Below, piece after piece: positions 52,198-64,000 of a stretch of 64,000 nt of DNA. A program made the position numbers and the translations under genes. Positions within the stretch are counted from its first letter, which is position 1, and each line of letters begins with the position of its first letter. This DNA comes from Stegostoma tigrinum (Eukaryota): contig NC_081398.1 in the NCBI RefSeq assembly GCF_030684315.1, positions 7,613,226 to 7,677,225 on the forward strand, in the 5' to 3' direction. The notes beneath the pieces were generated by a model. The model had not been told where the DNA came from. It did no database searches and was given only the letters and a program-made list of their open reading frames with translations.

Positions 52198-52656
52198 GTT
52201 TGTCTCTTTTTCAATTTATTTTGAGTGCTCACTGTTGTTTTAATAAATGATTGTTCGTGTTGAATGGACATTTGTGTTGTCAGAATGTTTAAAAAACAGC
52301 TGTGTGAGGTGTGTGTTTTAGGAGCGCTTTACCTGAAAATGTGATGGAAACCCAGTTGTATGTGAGATTGTAAATGGGAGTTGGACAGGTACCTAAGAAT
52401 GAGGAACTCAACAGAGGTTACAGTAAAAATAAAATTTCAGATATACCAGTACTGCTGCAATCAGTCAAACGGCCTGCATTTGAGTAAAATATTTTGCTTT
52501 AGTTAGCAAACCAGGAGCTTGTAATAGTTTCAAAACTTCAGTTTTATGTAACTTACTTCTAAAGTTCACTTAGGAGGAGTGTCATGTTTTGAATTTATCT
52601 AGTTGACATTTTGAAGTTTGGGTGACAACAAACCTTTTTTAACATTTCTTCTGCAG

Positions 52657-52814
52657 TGACTCATATGGAATTCCTACCAGACCAAGCAAAAAGAAAACTG
52701 AGGAGGAGGAAAAGTTACTGAAGCTGTTCCAGGGAATGAGCAAAACTCAGGACGGCTTCACTCAGTGGTGCGAGCAAATGCTACATGTCCTTAACACAGC
52801 CAATAACCTTGATG
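52657..52814 (+). CDS. GIGYF1: coding exon 24 (DSYG...EEEEKLLKLFQG...FTQWCEQMLH...NNLD)
   Basis: ctgcag| and |gtatgt, 158 nt. Confidence 0.97.
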
Positions 52815-53867
52815 GTATGTGTAAATGGTGCCCATTTCTCTTCAGTCTAACTCCCTTTGACGTAGTCCTGTAGCTAAGTCGGGGAATGGGATCTTGTGCT
52901 GTGAAATCCTACTGCAAAGATTTGTCAGGTTTTTTGTTTTGTCGGCCTGATTGTATCAGAAGGTAACATTTCCTGCTTTGGGTACGCAAGCGCGACACAG
53001 TTTGTTCAGCTTCTTCCTGGGTAGTGTGACTGTGGAAGAGGGGTTGTGCCTCTGCATGGCACACATAATGGAACTATATTTCTAAGTTTTTTCCGTAAGG
53101 TATCTAATAAAGATCCTCTTACCTTATGAGAGGGTGATGAATAACCTGTCCCCTGATTGCTCTCAGGTTGCTGCCAATTGTGGTAAACTCATTGTCCTTC
53201 AACCTTTCCCCTCCCACCATGGTACACACATTTCTTGCAATTCACTGACTTGGTGTTTTAGGGGCAATGGATGTGAATCCATCCATTGCATGACTTGCTG
53301 CCTGTTTCTGCACTGAATGATTCCATCTCATCGTCTTCAGTTTCCACGTTGCTCTGTTTATCAAACTCTGGCATCCAATAGAATTGTGAAAATCTTGATC
53401 TGGAATTTCACTTGGATGCTGAAGGATTGTATGTAAAAGAGCTTGTCCCCATCCTAATTTCTTTTACTCAGGGTTTGGTTGAGTTTTCCTTCAGTTGGTG
53501 AAGCTTTGTACTTTCAAAGCATTGCAATAGCCAAGTGCATGTTTTAGGTGCTTGGTATCCATATTGAGCAATCCTAGGCCATGCGTTACAAAGTAAAGTT
53601 GCTGTTGATTTACCTCAGCTTCAGAAGAACACCCTTTGCTCCGGCCAGTATTAATTTTTTCCCTTTACCACACTGGCTTTTGCAGTTCTATGGTTTTTAG
53701 TCCCATCATTGCTCAGAATGGAATTGCAACTGCCAAGACTCAACTTTTAAGTTGGACCTGAGAGAAAGTAAACCTGGCTTGTGTGGGTCTTTGGTTTGGA
53801 TGTGCAGAATTTCTCATTTGGAAAGCTGACCTCCTTAGTGTTCTTATGGATTTCCTTGTTGTTTCAG

Positions 53868-54034
53868 TACCCACATTTGTATCCTTTCTTAAAGAAGTTG
53901 ACTCACCATATGAGGTGCATGATTACATCCGTGCTTACCTGGGTGACACCCCAGAGGCCAAAGAGTTTGCCAAGCAGTTCCTGGAGCGTCGTGCCAAACA
54001 AAAGGCCAACCAACAAAGACAACAACAACAGCAG
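53868..54034 (+). CDS. GIGYF1: coding exon 25 ([11 protein letters not shown]...[16 protein letters not shown]...QQQ)
   Basis: tttcag| and |gtagcg, 167 nt. Confidence 0.97.
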
Positions 54035-57000
54035 GTAGCGTATGAATGATAAAACATGCAGGGCAGGCTCTGCTTTCCCATCAACAGAATGCATCTTCCA
54101 TAAATTTGCAAAAGTCTTACTTATCTTTGCATGTGTACCTAATGAATTGGCATCAGATTAATGGAGTTATCTTTCCTTCTTCAAACAGATTTGAAACCGG
54201 TTTCAGAAACTGGCAATTTTTCATTTTATTGTTCTTTTCCTTTTTTCTCCATTCTGTCTTTACTTTTGCCAGTGTTAAACTTTCTAGCTCACTCATTATT
54301 AATTTATTTGGTGGCAATTTTCCTTTGGTTCCACATGCTGTGCACATTGTGGGAGAGTAGCCCAGCTTCACAGAATCTCAATTATTACAGCACAGAGAAA
54401 GGCCATTCTCCACCATTACACTTGCATGTCAACCAGTGCGACTGAAAAAGCCACCAATAGTATCATGAAACCTGAGCCTGCACTTGTCTCTTTATATCTT
54501 TGAGCTCTGGTTGCCAGAATTTGGGGCTAGGCTTTTGCATTCCACAATGTGAAGTTGGACAGAGCATATAATCTGTTGTCTATCTAACGTGTCTTTAGTT
54601 TTCTTTTGTTTGTTTACAAAGCTAGCAGAGGTTGCTTAATATTAAGGAAAATATCATAACAAGCTGCCAGCATGGAACAGGAAGGCAATTACTTCCACAA
54701 TAACGCAATGTGTAGGTCCTTGGCCTTGGAAACCATCTTGTATCATTTGAGTATGCCACAGTAGCATCAGTTTAGAAAGGGCAGGCTTCCAGGCAGTGCA
54801 CATGGGTACTCTACTGCGTGGTGCCTAACTCATTCCCAAAGTAGAAGTCTTGTAGAACCCTGCTTCTGAGCCAGAAACTGCAGGTTTGAGGGCCACAGAA
54901 GTTGCCTTTGTAACATGGCCAAGCATTGATAGCCAGCCCTGTTAATCTTACCCTCTGCCAAAGGAGTGTTGGAAAGAGCAGAAGAGTTTCCTGGTCAACG
55001 GATCCCAGCCTGGGAATAATTGGAGAGGGTTAGCAGCAGAGAGGGCAACCTGGCTGTAAAAACTGCTTCTATAATGAGTGTTGTGTCAACCCTGTATAAC
55101 ATGAAAACCCGCCCCAAGTGAGTGGTGATTGTGCTCAATCATAACCTGAAATATTTTTTGTAGAGGTTAAGTTTTTTGAGGTGTTTATACTTGCTTAAAT
55201 AAAAATTCATTCTTGAAATTATAAGCAAGACTAACTACTGGCATTCTGGCCATTCTCACCCCCACCCTTGAAAAACGTGTGATAAAGAAGCTATTTGAGT
55301 TGCTACGGTTCTTGTGATAAAGGTGTTATTATGGCAGTTAGGTCAGGGCTTCCAGAATTTTGGTCCTGCAGTATTGAAAGGAGCAGTGAGAAGTTTTTTT
55401 TTAATTGTATTCTTTCATGCAGTATAGATGTTGCTGGTAAGGCTAATATTTGTTGTCCATCCCTAGCTGCCTTTGAACTGAGTGGCTTGTTCAGCCACGT
55501 CAGAGGCTTTGTGAATGAGTCACGTTGCTGTAGGTCTGCAGTCACATAAGCTATATCGGGTAAAGACAACACATTTCCTTCCCTGAAGTGTATATGTGAG
55601 ACAAGGGGATTTTACATCAGCCACCAATAGTCTAAGGAATGGTGATCATGAAACCAGAAGTCTGTTTCAGATTTATTAATTGGATTTCAATTCCACCACC
55701 TACTGTGCTGGGATTTGAGCCCGTGTCTCTGAAGCATTAGTTGGGGTCTCTAACAGAGTAATTCAGTAACATTATTATCACAAACACGCCACCACCGTCC
55801 TCCCCCTAATTTGGAGAAGATTGTATACTCTGACACCTGCAAGCCTTGTTCTTCTCAGTGGTCAAGACCCCAGCTTTTGAAGGAATCTTGAGTTGTTGTA
55901 GCGTTTGGATTATAATGGTACACACTACTGCCACTGGGTTGGAGGGAGTGGATATTTAAAACAGTAGTTGGGCTGTTTACCTCTACCTCTGTCTTTAAAG
56001 ATAACTCTCCTGTCTTGTTTGTCAATTTTGCAGAGAGCTAGCTCTCCGCTTTATTTAATTGGTGAGAGCCCTGGGGGTTTCAGGCGGTTTGGGATAGTAG
56101 ATCATGAACGACATCAACTATGATGCATTCCTGCAATGTCTGTTTTGAGAATGAAGCCTATTCAAGGTGTGGGAGCTGTGATCTTAAGTGTCTGTGGATA
56201 GGATTGTCAGTGAAGGACTCCAGACTTTTAAAACAAACAAACACGCGCGCACACACACACACTTTTTTTTTGGTTAACGCATATTGGATGTGACGAAGTA
56301 TAGATACAGTGAGTCTTTGTACTCTTTTTTGGTGGTTGCTTGCGTCTCATTTTTATCTGCCTCATGGTCATGGGATAGTTTTAAGGGTTAGAGCGAAAAC
56401 CCATGCTGTCAAAGCAGAAGGAATGGGGTTTGAGTAAATCTGAATTGTCTTCAGTGCGAGTAACATCCTTCAAAGAGTTAAATCTATTACTATACATAAT
56501 ATGGGGTTCCTTGCTGTCATGTTGATAATTAATCATTGACTCACTGATTAAGGCTTCCTTCCCTGGGGGTTATTTATGGTTGTGTGGAAAGGGGTTGTAT
56601 GTCAGTGAACATCAGTTGATATCTAGCCTGATCCTGAATAACCTCATTGTCTTCTAAGTACTCTGGTTCTAAGGGCAAATTCTGGAAAAAAATATCTCCG
56701 TCCATCTTTTTTTCTTTCCCTTGTGGGTTTCCTGGCCCCTCAGAGATGCATTGTATATCTGAGTCATGTGCCACTGTAATGTGCAGTGGACATTGCATTG
56801 GGATCCAATTCCCTAAGGATTTATGGTGTTTTCCCTTTCTTTCCTAGTTAACAAAGGAACTTTTGAGCCTCACTGGGAACCTCGCTCTGCAGCCTGACAG
56901 GTTACAGGTTAGCATGGAACTTTTTCTTTCCAGCCTATCTTGTTACTGCCATAGTTACAGCAGACCCAAGTGCAGGATTGTTTTTTGGTGATGTTTAATA

Positions 57001-58603
57001 GCTATCAAATCTGGCAAAAGCTGTCTGCTTGTTTAAAAGATGGTATAAAGTACTTGGAGTAAAAAGTAATGTTTTCCATGACCATTCTAACTTGGTCTAC
57101 GTATTCTAGTTGTAAGTGTTTTGAGTTATGGAAAAGTTGTGTTCAAAGAACTTAGGGAATTGGCTAAGGGAAAAAGATTTGTCTGTAAAAATTTTGGATA
57201 AAATAAATTGTCATAATCTGATGAAGCAAGCATAGCATGAATCAGTGTCACCTTGAGGAAGAAAAACAAAAGATATTTTGGAAGGAACCGAATGTAAGGT
57301 TGAAGGAAAAGACATAAGTGACGGTGTTGTTTTCGGACTGAGTCTGAGAGTGGGACCCGGACATTGACGTGAAGAGCAACACTCCCAAATGAGAGCTGGG
57401 CAAGACTGGGGTATGACCTGTGGCTCAAGAACGTTGCTCAAATGCGTTGGGTTGAGACCTGACTAGATACAGAAGTTGAAGCTGTGAGCGTTGTGCTGCT
57501 GGGAGTCAGTAGAACACCCAGCAAGGACTGGGGAGGTGTGGGTTTGTGGAAAAGGATGTGATAAAAGGGGAAAATAATTCTAATCCTCAAGTATGGCATC
57601 ATCTAGGGTGGTGATGGCTGGCCAGAAGAGTTGCTGTCAATTTCAGCAGGTGATTTTTGTTGCTATGTAGAGTTTGGCTATCAAATGGATGCTGAATGAG
57701 GGCAAGTGACCCATTGAAACACCTTAAGCATTACATTGCTGCAGTTCCAGCTAATTGTCTCACCTTAGAGTTTGGTGCAAAGTATCCTAAATTTGATAGC
57801 TATGCTAGATTTCCCAGGTGCCACAGCCTGTAGCGATTTCTCAGGCTGTCATGTGCAGCCAACAGCAGTGTTGAGAACAGGACTTTTGATGCTTAGATCG
57901 AGTAATGAGTAGGCTAATTTTTGAAGGCTGTCACTTGCCCTTGTGTGCCGTGTAATCAAAGTGGCTCCAAACCCATCATCTGTTTTGGCAGTAGGGGCAT
58001 GTGTGGAATAGTTCCCACATAAGCAGCATTCACTGATGCTCCCAGTTAAGCACAACACGCAACACCCACCTGACCTCTGCATTAAGTGGTCTCATGACTA
58101 CTTAATGGTTACTAATTCCGTAACTTGCCAGAGTTGCATTGGGATGACTGGGGAGAGGGAAATGAAAGGGGAGCCAACGTGACTTGTCTTGTGTGGAGCC
58201 ATGTTGGTGGGTCCTGTAAGTGGTCTTTTTGTGATTAAGTCACTGACTCCACCCTGCTTTTTGCCTTAGTGCTCCCTTTGCTGAAGATGCCAGCTGATGC
58301 AGTGTTCTATTTCTATGCATGTAAGTTGCCCTGTTGCCATCTTACCACTAATAGGGGTACTTGTACCCAGCCTGAGCTGCCTGTGGCATCACACCAACAT
58401 GTGGGCTGCCACCAGGGCTCAGGAGTTGGAACAGAGACTGTGCGCTTCCTCTGTTGTCATCAGCATCTCATTGAAACCCAATCCCCAGCAAGCCCATGGG
58501 CAGTGAAGCCGGTTGCAGCATCACTACCCACACGATTGATCACAGTTGCTCCCTCAAAAAGGATTGTGACAAACTAATTGTGTGATGGCTTCTCTTGTGC
58601 CAG

Positions 58604-58751
58604 GACTCCATCTGGGGAATCGGTTCAAACAGCCTACAGTCACTCTTCCAGGGTAATCACAACAGTGCACAGCAATCGTCTTACGAGAGCTCGCAAGCTG
58701 GGAAAAAGAAAAAGAAGCAAAAGATGGTGCGGGCTGATCCTAGTATCCTGG
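58604..58751 (+). CDS. GIGYF1: coding exon 26 (DSIWG...GKKKKKQKMVRADPSIL)
   Basis: tgccag| and |gtaaga, 148 nt. Confidence 0.96.
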
Positions 58752-61347
58752 GTAAGAGTCGTTGTCCATTATGATTGCATTGCCACAATGCAAGGGGGAA
58801 GTGGTAGACTTGTAATCCAGCAGCCCAGGCCTTTGTTCTGGGGATACAAATTTGATACCTGTCACAGCAGACGGTGAAATGTTAAACCAATTTAAATATG
58901 TGGAATTAAAAGCAAATCCACAGTTGATGTTAAAAACCCATCAGGTCAATGTCCATTAGGGAAGGAAACTCCTTACCTGGTCTGGCTGACACATGATTCC
59001 AGCAAATTAGTCGACCCTTAACTGCCCTCCAGAAATTGGTGAGAGAGTCACTGGCTTCGAGGGTAATTTTTGATGGCAAAATCTAGTGACCACGTTACCT
59101 GAATAAAAAACATTTTTTAAATCCTAGAAGGGACACACGTTCAGGACTGAACACTTGCCTCCCACTCTGTAATCACTGATCTGGACATTTCCCAGTCCTT
59201 TCTGGTTCCGACCCATTTAGTACTTTTGGGATGTTACGTAACAGGAGACTTCATTCCGTCTAACTCTTGTTTTTACCCTAAAAGTTTAAAAAGGTTAACT
59301 AGGTAGTGCTATGTTGGTAAGATTGGGCTTCATCTTAAATCATGACAGAAATGTGCATCACAATGCATTTAGCTGTGTATACTTTCAGTTGGGTGCTTTT
59401 GCTTTTTTGCAAAATCCACTGTCTCATTCTGCCCACAGTCCCTGTCCCTAATTAGTTGTCTTGAAAGTAATTGGAGAGCTGGGGTCTGAGCGTTATTGCT
59501 TGAAGAAATGGTTTGTTCACCGTAGAAGAGACTGCCTCACATTCAGTTCCTTGCCTTTGCTTAGCTGTCAGCAGTAGGGCAGCAAAGACTAGGAAGAATT
59601 GGTTGCAATCCCTGCTAGTTGCAACTGGTGACCACTCCTGGAAAGTAGCAACAATAGTGAGTTCGTCTATGATGCTGCCTTCCTCAACAGTTTAATAACT
59701 GCGTGTTGCTTCAATTCAGTTCTCTATTATTCGTGTCTTGATGGAATTACCAGACAACACCAAATCGAGCATTTTACGAGTGAGAAGGGAATAATCATTT
59801 CCCGCAATGTCCATTTTGTATGGAAAGTTTGGCTTCCATTTGCATTCTGTATGCAGTGTTGGAAACTGGTTCCTTATGTCCGTGGTGCCACTACAGTGTG
59901 AATACTATCTACTACATTCCAATGTGGAGAGCCCCTGCAAACCCTGGAATGAAGCATGACAAGATTCTTCTGAGTTAAAGCAAGAAGTCTTGCTCTGATT
60001 CACTTTGCTTCTTCACACCTCAATTGTATTTCCAGTTCACAAACCAAATGAGAAGGCATTTTGGCTGCTTGGCCTATTCGTTGGATGTATTAGCATCATG
60101 GAATGCAGACAAGACAGCAGTTGGTGAAGGAGTAAAGAAAAATGATGAACAACCCCAAGTCAGGATGAGGAGGAAACAGTGGATTTTGAGGAACTAGTGG
60201 TACTTGTAGCTCATCTGTGCATGGAATTGACTGGATGTTTGGCTTCTTGCCCTGCTGTCTTTGATTACCAAAATACTTACTCTGTTCCAAAGTACCACAC
60301 TTAGGAAGAATGCAGAAGCCCTGGGAAAGATGCAGAGGAGATTTTAGAGCTGTTACCCTAGAAGCAAAGGAGGTTGAGTAGAGATTTTACGGATGTGTAC
60401 AAGATTGACCTATTTAGGTAAGGTAGTCAAGGGAAAGCCGTTTCCATGTAAGGACTGGGCACCCAGATTTAAGACTTTGCTAAGAGAATATTTTAAGGCA
60501 TTGAATGGTGATGACTTTGAACTCGCTGCCGACAATGGAGGTAATGATTTCAAGAAGAGGTTAGATAGACACTTTAAGCAAATAAACTCAGGAATGTGAG
60601 GTAGAGTAGGAGAATGGAACTGAGTGGATTGTGCGTCTCCAAGAAACAATGACGACTTCAGTTCTGTTGATGACTTTGACTAATATATCTGTTGGATTTG
60701 TACAGTGAAGCTAGCTGAGCTCACCCTGGGGGTAGTTATATCTGATGCTGGCATCCATTGGACAAGGGAGGGGAAAGTTTAAATGAATCACCATAAAATG
60801 GAACTTACTTTATCCCTGATGTTGTCTTGTAGTCCTATTGTGAAATCTCACATTCTTGCACTGAGAGCATTTGTTGGCCTGAGACAGTGGTGTTAATTCT
60901 TGAGCCACTGCAGTGTGTAAGGTAAAGGTGCTGTAGCTTTTCTGCATGGAGACTTGTTGAGTGTCAATTACTTTGATATGGGGGCTGCAGGCCAGGCTAA
61001 GTAAGGATTTACTAAGCAATCTTAAAGGACCCCAGCAAATCTGTATTTTAAGCCAACTTTTATAACTTCACAGTGACTTCCACTGCCAGCTTTTTTTTAA
61101 AGTTCTGTTTTCCAGAGAGTTTAAATTCATTTCCTTGCGCTTTCACATTGAGAGTTGAACTCTCATCATCCTTGTTTTAACCATCTAGGCCTTTGGATTC
61201 CCCAGGCACAAGCCTTGCATTAGCATTCCCTTCTGTGCTTTATTAACTAAAGACATGATCAGGCATAAATCTATCACAAAACCTGTCTAAAAGCAGGCGA
61301 GATAAGTTGAATTTATATTAATTCCCATGTTGTCTTTCTTTACACAG

Positions 61348-61415
61348 GCTTTTCTGTGAATGCATCATCAGAGCGACTGAACATGGGAGAAATAGAGACA
61401 ATGGATGACTTTTAA
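61348..61415 (+). CDS. GIGYF1: coding exon 27 (GFSVNASSERLNMGEIETMDDF*)
   Basis: acacag|; TAA 61413-61415; typical GIGYF C-terminus. Confidence 0.97.
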
Positions 61416-62046
61416 ACAAGGTTTAAAAACAAACGATATTCCTAAAAGCTGCCTTTGACTCCTACTCGACCGTACCTGGAACATGCTTCATGGCAGGTGG
61501 TCACAGTGATGGATCCAGGATCTCCGCTCCCTCTGCTGGCAAGAAGTGTGAAATTCACTTAATTTTTTTGGTGAATCCTCTGGGTACTTCTGTTCTTCAT
61601 TGGATGAAGCACCTTAATAACCATGCACTTTATTAGACGTTGTACATAGACTGAAACTGGAGGTTTTCTTGAATTTAAAAAAGTTCCTTTTTTGGAAATA
61701 TATCTGCAAAACACTGTTACTGTTCTTTTTTTTTTAAATGTTTTTTTTGAAAGGATGTGGAGCCTGAAGAAATGCACTTAGAGACTGAATCCAGAACTGG
61801 AACTTTTGGTGTGCTATAATTTGGACAATGTGATTGCAAGTTTGGGTCCCTACCTAAAATAAAAGGAGAGGCGAACAAAGAGAGTGAGGAGAGAGAGATA
61901 GGGAAACCCAGGCATCAGGAGGCCACTTTCTGAGTTTTACTTTGGTTGCACACACAGCACCAAGCTACATTGGACTTAACTAGACAGCACTGCGCGAGTG
62001 TGGACTTTCAGCGTTTTCGTGGTGCTCTATACAAGGAATGTAAAAA

Positions 62047-62062
62047 AATAAATAATAAATAA
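62047..62062 (+). terminator. candidate polyadenylation signals (clustered AATAAA)
   Basis: aataaataataaataa about 630 nt after the stop, GT/T-rich tract near 62110-62130; another AATAAA near 61858. Confidence 0.5.
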
Positions 62063-64000
62063 GTACTTGGACAGGGTGGTTCAAGTGGACTGCTGCGTTG
62101 ACAGCTTCTTTTGGTTGGTTTTGTTTCTTAAAAACAAGCAGCTATTGCGGCCCCACACCCCAAACATGGCATGCCTCGACACACTGCCCTGGCCCTACTT
62201 CTGTTAATCTAGCTATCCAACTCCCTAGCGAAACGAAAGCAGAACTTGATGGCCAGAACTGCCACAGCAGACCCAGAATCGGGGGTTGGAACTAATGGAC
62301 GAGAGGAAAGGATTGAAAACGGTGACAGCCTACGTTCTGCCCAACATTGTTTGGGAGGTGACGAGACAGCAGCAAACCCAGGATTTGCCTTGCCGCCAAC
62401 ACCATCCCCCATCCCAAACAAAGAAGAATTGACCGGACAGCACTGCAACAGCAGTATGCTCATCGCCACTGTTGATATGGGACCATTTCAGACTGACTTG
62501 TGCATGTGTTTTTAAAAGGTGCAGGTCATTATATTTCATCTGGTGTTTTTTCCCTTCCAAATTTCTGTTCCCCATAAAAGTTGATTCAGAATTGGTTATA
62601 ATAGGATACATCTCTACAGAGAGTTTGCTGCTTTAGTTTTGATCTCTAGCAGAGTGGCTCCAATTACAATAATGCTTTTATCCTCCCACTTACTTTACAA
62701 ATTCCTTTCTCGCACCAACCCACACCTTGTCTTAAAGCTTTTGAGAAACATGGTCATTCAGAAGTAAAATCCAGTGAGGCGAGGCAGACCTGTGCAGTAT
62801 TTGTTTCACAAGTCAGCTCTCCATTGGAAGATTGGCATCCCACCTGTGTTTTATCTTGTGGCTGTACAGGGGTAAAGGCTATCACTGTCTCTCTTTGTCT
62901 AAGAAGTGTAAAAATTGCTAGTAAATACCTTAACCTCCTACCTGCTGTCTCCTCTGTGCTTAGCTGAGAAACTGCAGCATTTAACCTAGTGAGCTATCCA
63001 TGATGGACTATCCTGGGTCGCAGTGTGTACCCATTTACTTGGCTAAACTACTTGAAGCTTTGGAAGGAGGTGGTTTCAGCTAGGGCTACCTGCTGCTTGA
63101 TAGCTCTCTGACAACATTTATGTGGTGATCAGATGGAACTAAGTTAATGGTTGCCTCTGGCCTTGTAGCCTGAGTGTGGGTGCGAAGGTCAGGAGGAATG
63201 AGCCTTTGTAATAAATATCCTTAGGGAGTAGGGCTGTTAGCTGTTTAAATGGTATCTCTACAACAGACAGAGACCTGACAGGACATGAGGAGAATGGAGA
63301 GCGTGGTGAGTTTTGCCAGTTATCAGGCATAACTCATCTGTGGTTACAATGTCATTGATTGAATGTAACCGTAAAGACCAGTTCAGTATTACCTGTGATA
63401 AACCTCAAGTGTACTTTTCCCAATTCAGTGAGTGCATCTCTATACTGCTGCCTTGAAATCTGTGATTGCAACTTGCTTCTCTTGCTCATCCCAAATCCCT
63501 GTCACATTCCTTGGCAGGAAGGATTCACACCAACCTCCCATTGTGGAGAACCATTAAAATAGGAATGAGCCAGCCTACTGTACGTGAAGGAGATAAACCG
63601 CGGTTCCATGTCCATTCAGGATACTGTGAACGAGAACCTCGGGGACCAAGAACTGTCAGGTCACATGAGTTGCCAGAGTGCTGCTGCTGTTCATACAGGC
63701 ACAATCTCTCCATTGCCTTAACAAGAATGCGAGTGCTCATTGTGCTACTCCTCCTCATGCCCTCATCTCTTGATTCACCTCCCCTGCTGCTCCTGTTAGT
63801 GGATGCCAGCAGCAGCCTAGATCAGGAAGCAGAGTGATAGACTTGTTGGTGCACCTGTAACTTCCTTTCTCTGGGTGGGAATTTCTAAAGTGCATTTAGC
63901 CTGATTTGGGGTTTCTGCTTGTGTGTGATTCTTTTGTTTTAGATTGTGTTGGAAGCCTTTTTTAAGTTTTTAAAAGAAGCTACCTTTATGCAAGCAACTA

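Larger units (their letters stand above)
362..61415 (+). other. GIGYF1: GIGYF-family gene span, 27 coding exons, 1211 aa; best call is GIGYF1 ortholog with GIGYF2-like features
   Basis: Manual splicing gives one continuous ORF from MAAETQTLNFGPEW to GEIETMDDF*. All GT-AG, phases consistent, 3636 nt. Family assignment is secure; the paralog assignment is inference. Confidence 0.9.

Noticed and set aside
63728-63837. Signal-peptide-like ORF MRVLIVLLLLMPSSLDS...
   Set aside because: Stops after about 36 codons with no recognisable family or supported exon structure.
1-64000. CRISPR arrays or prokaryotic defence/retron systems
   Set aside because: Spliced vertebrate gene; no regularly spaced repeats, and all RT fragments are non-LTR retrotransposon type.

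Overview
Eukaryotic genomic DNA, very probably from a cartilaginous fish (inferred from HE1-like SINEs, CR1/HER1-like LINEs and Penelope-like fragments). Nearly the whole window is one + strand gene encoding a GRB10-interacting GYF protein (GIGYF family, a 4EHP/DDX6-linked translational repressor). I traced 27 coding exons from ATG 362 to TAA 61415. All introns are GT-AG with consistent phases; the summed CDS is 3636 nt (1211 aa). The protein is GIGYF1-like in the N-terminus and GYF domain but has GIGYF2-like exon count, coiled-coil/Q-rich middle and C-terminus. Introns are filled with decayed retroelements. Most notable extras: an in-phase candidate alternative last exon ending in a CaaX-like CMCF, a near-perfect 62-bp intronic hairpin, Penelope-derived fold-back elements with hammerhead-ribozyme cores, a U12-type donor consensus overlapping a U2 donor, and a local duplication flanking a 41-nt exon. 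No promoter/CpG island, rRNA, tRNA gene or CRISPR array is supported. All comparisons with known proteins and repeat families are from memory, not database searches.
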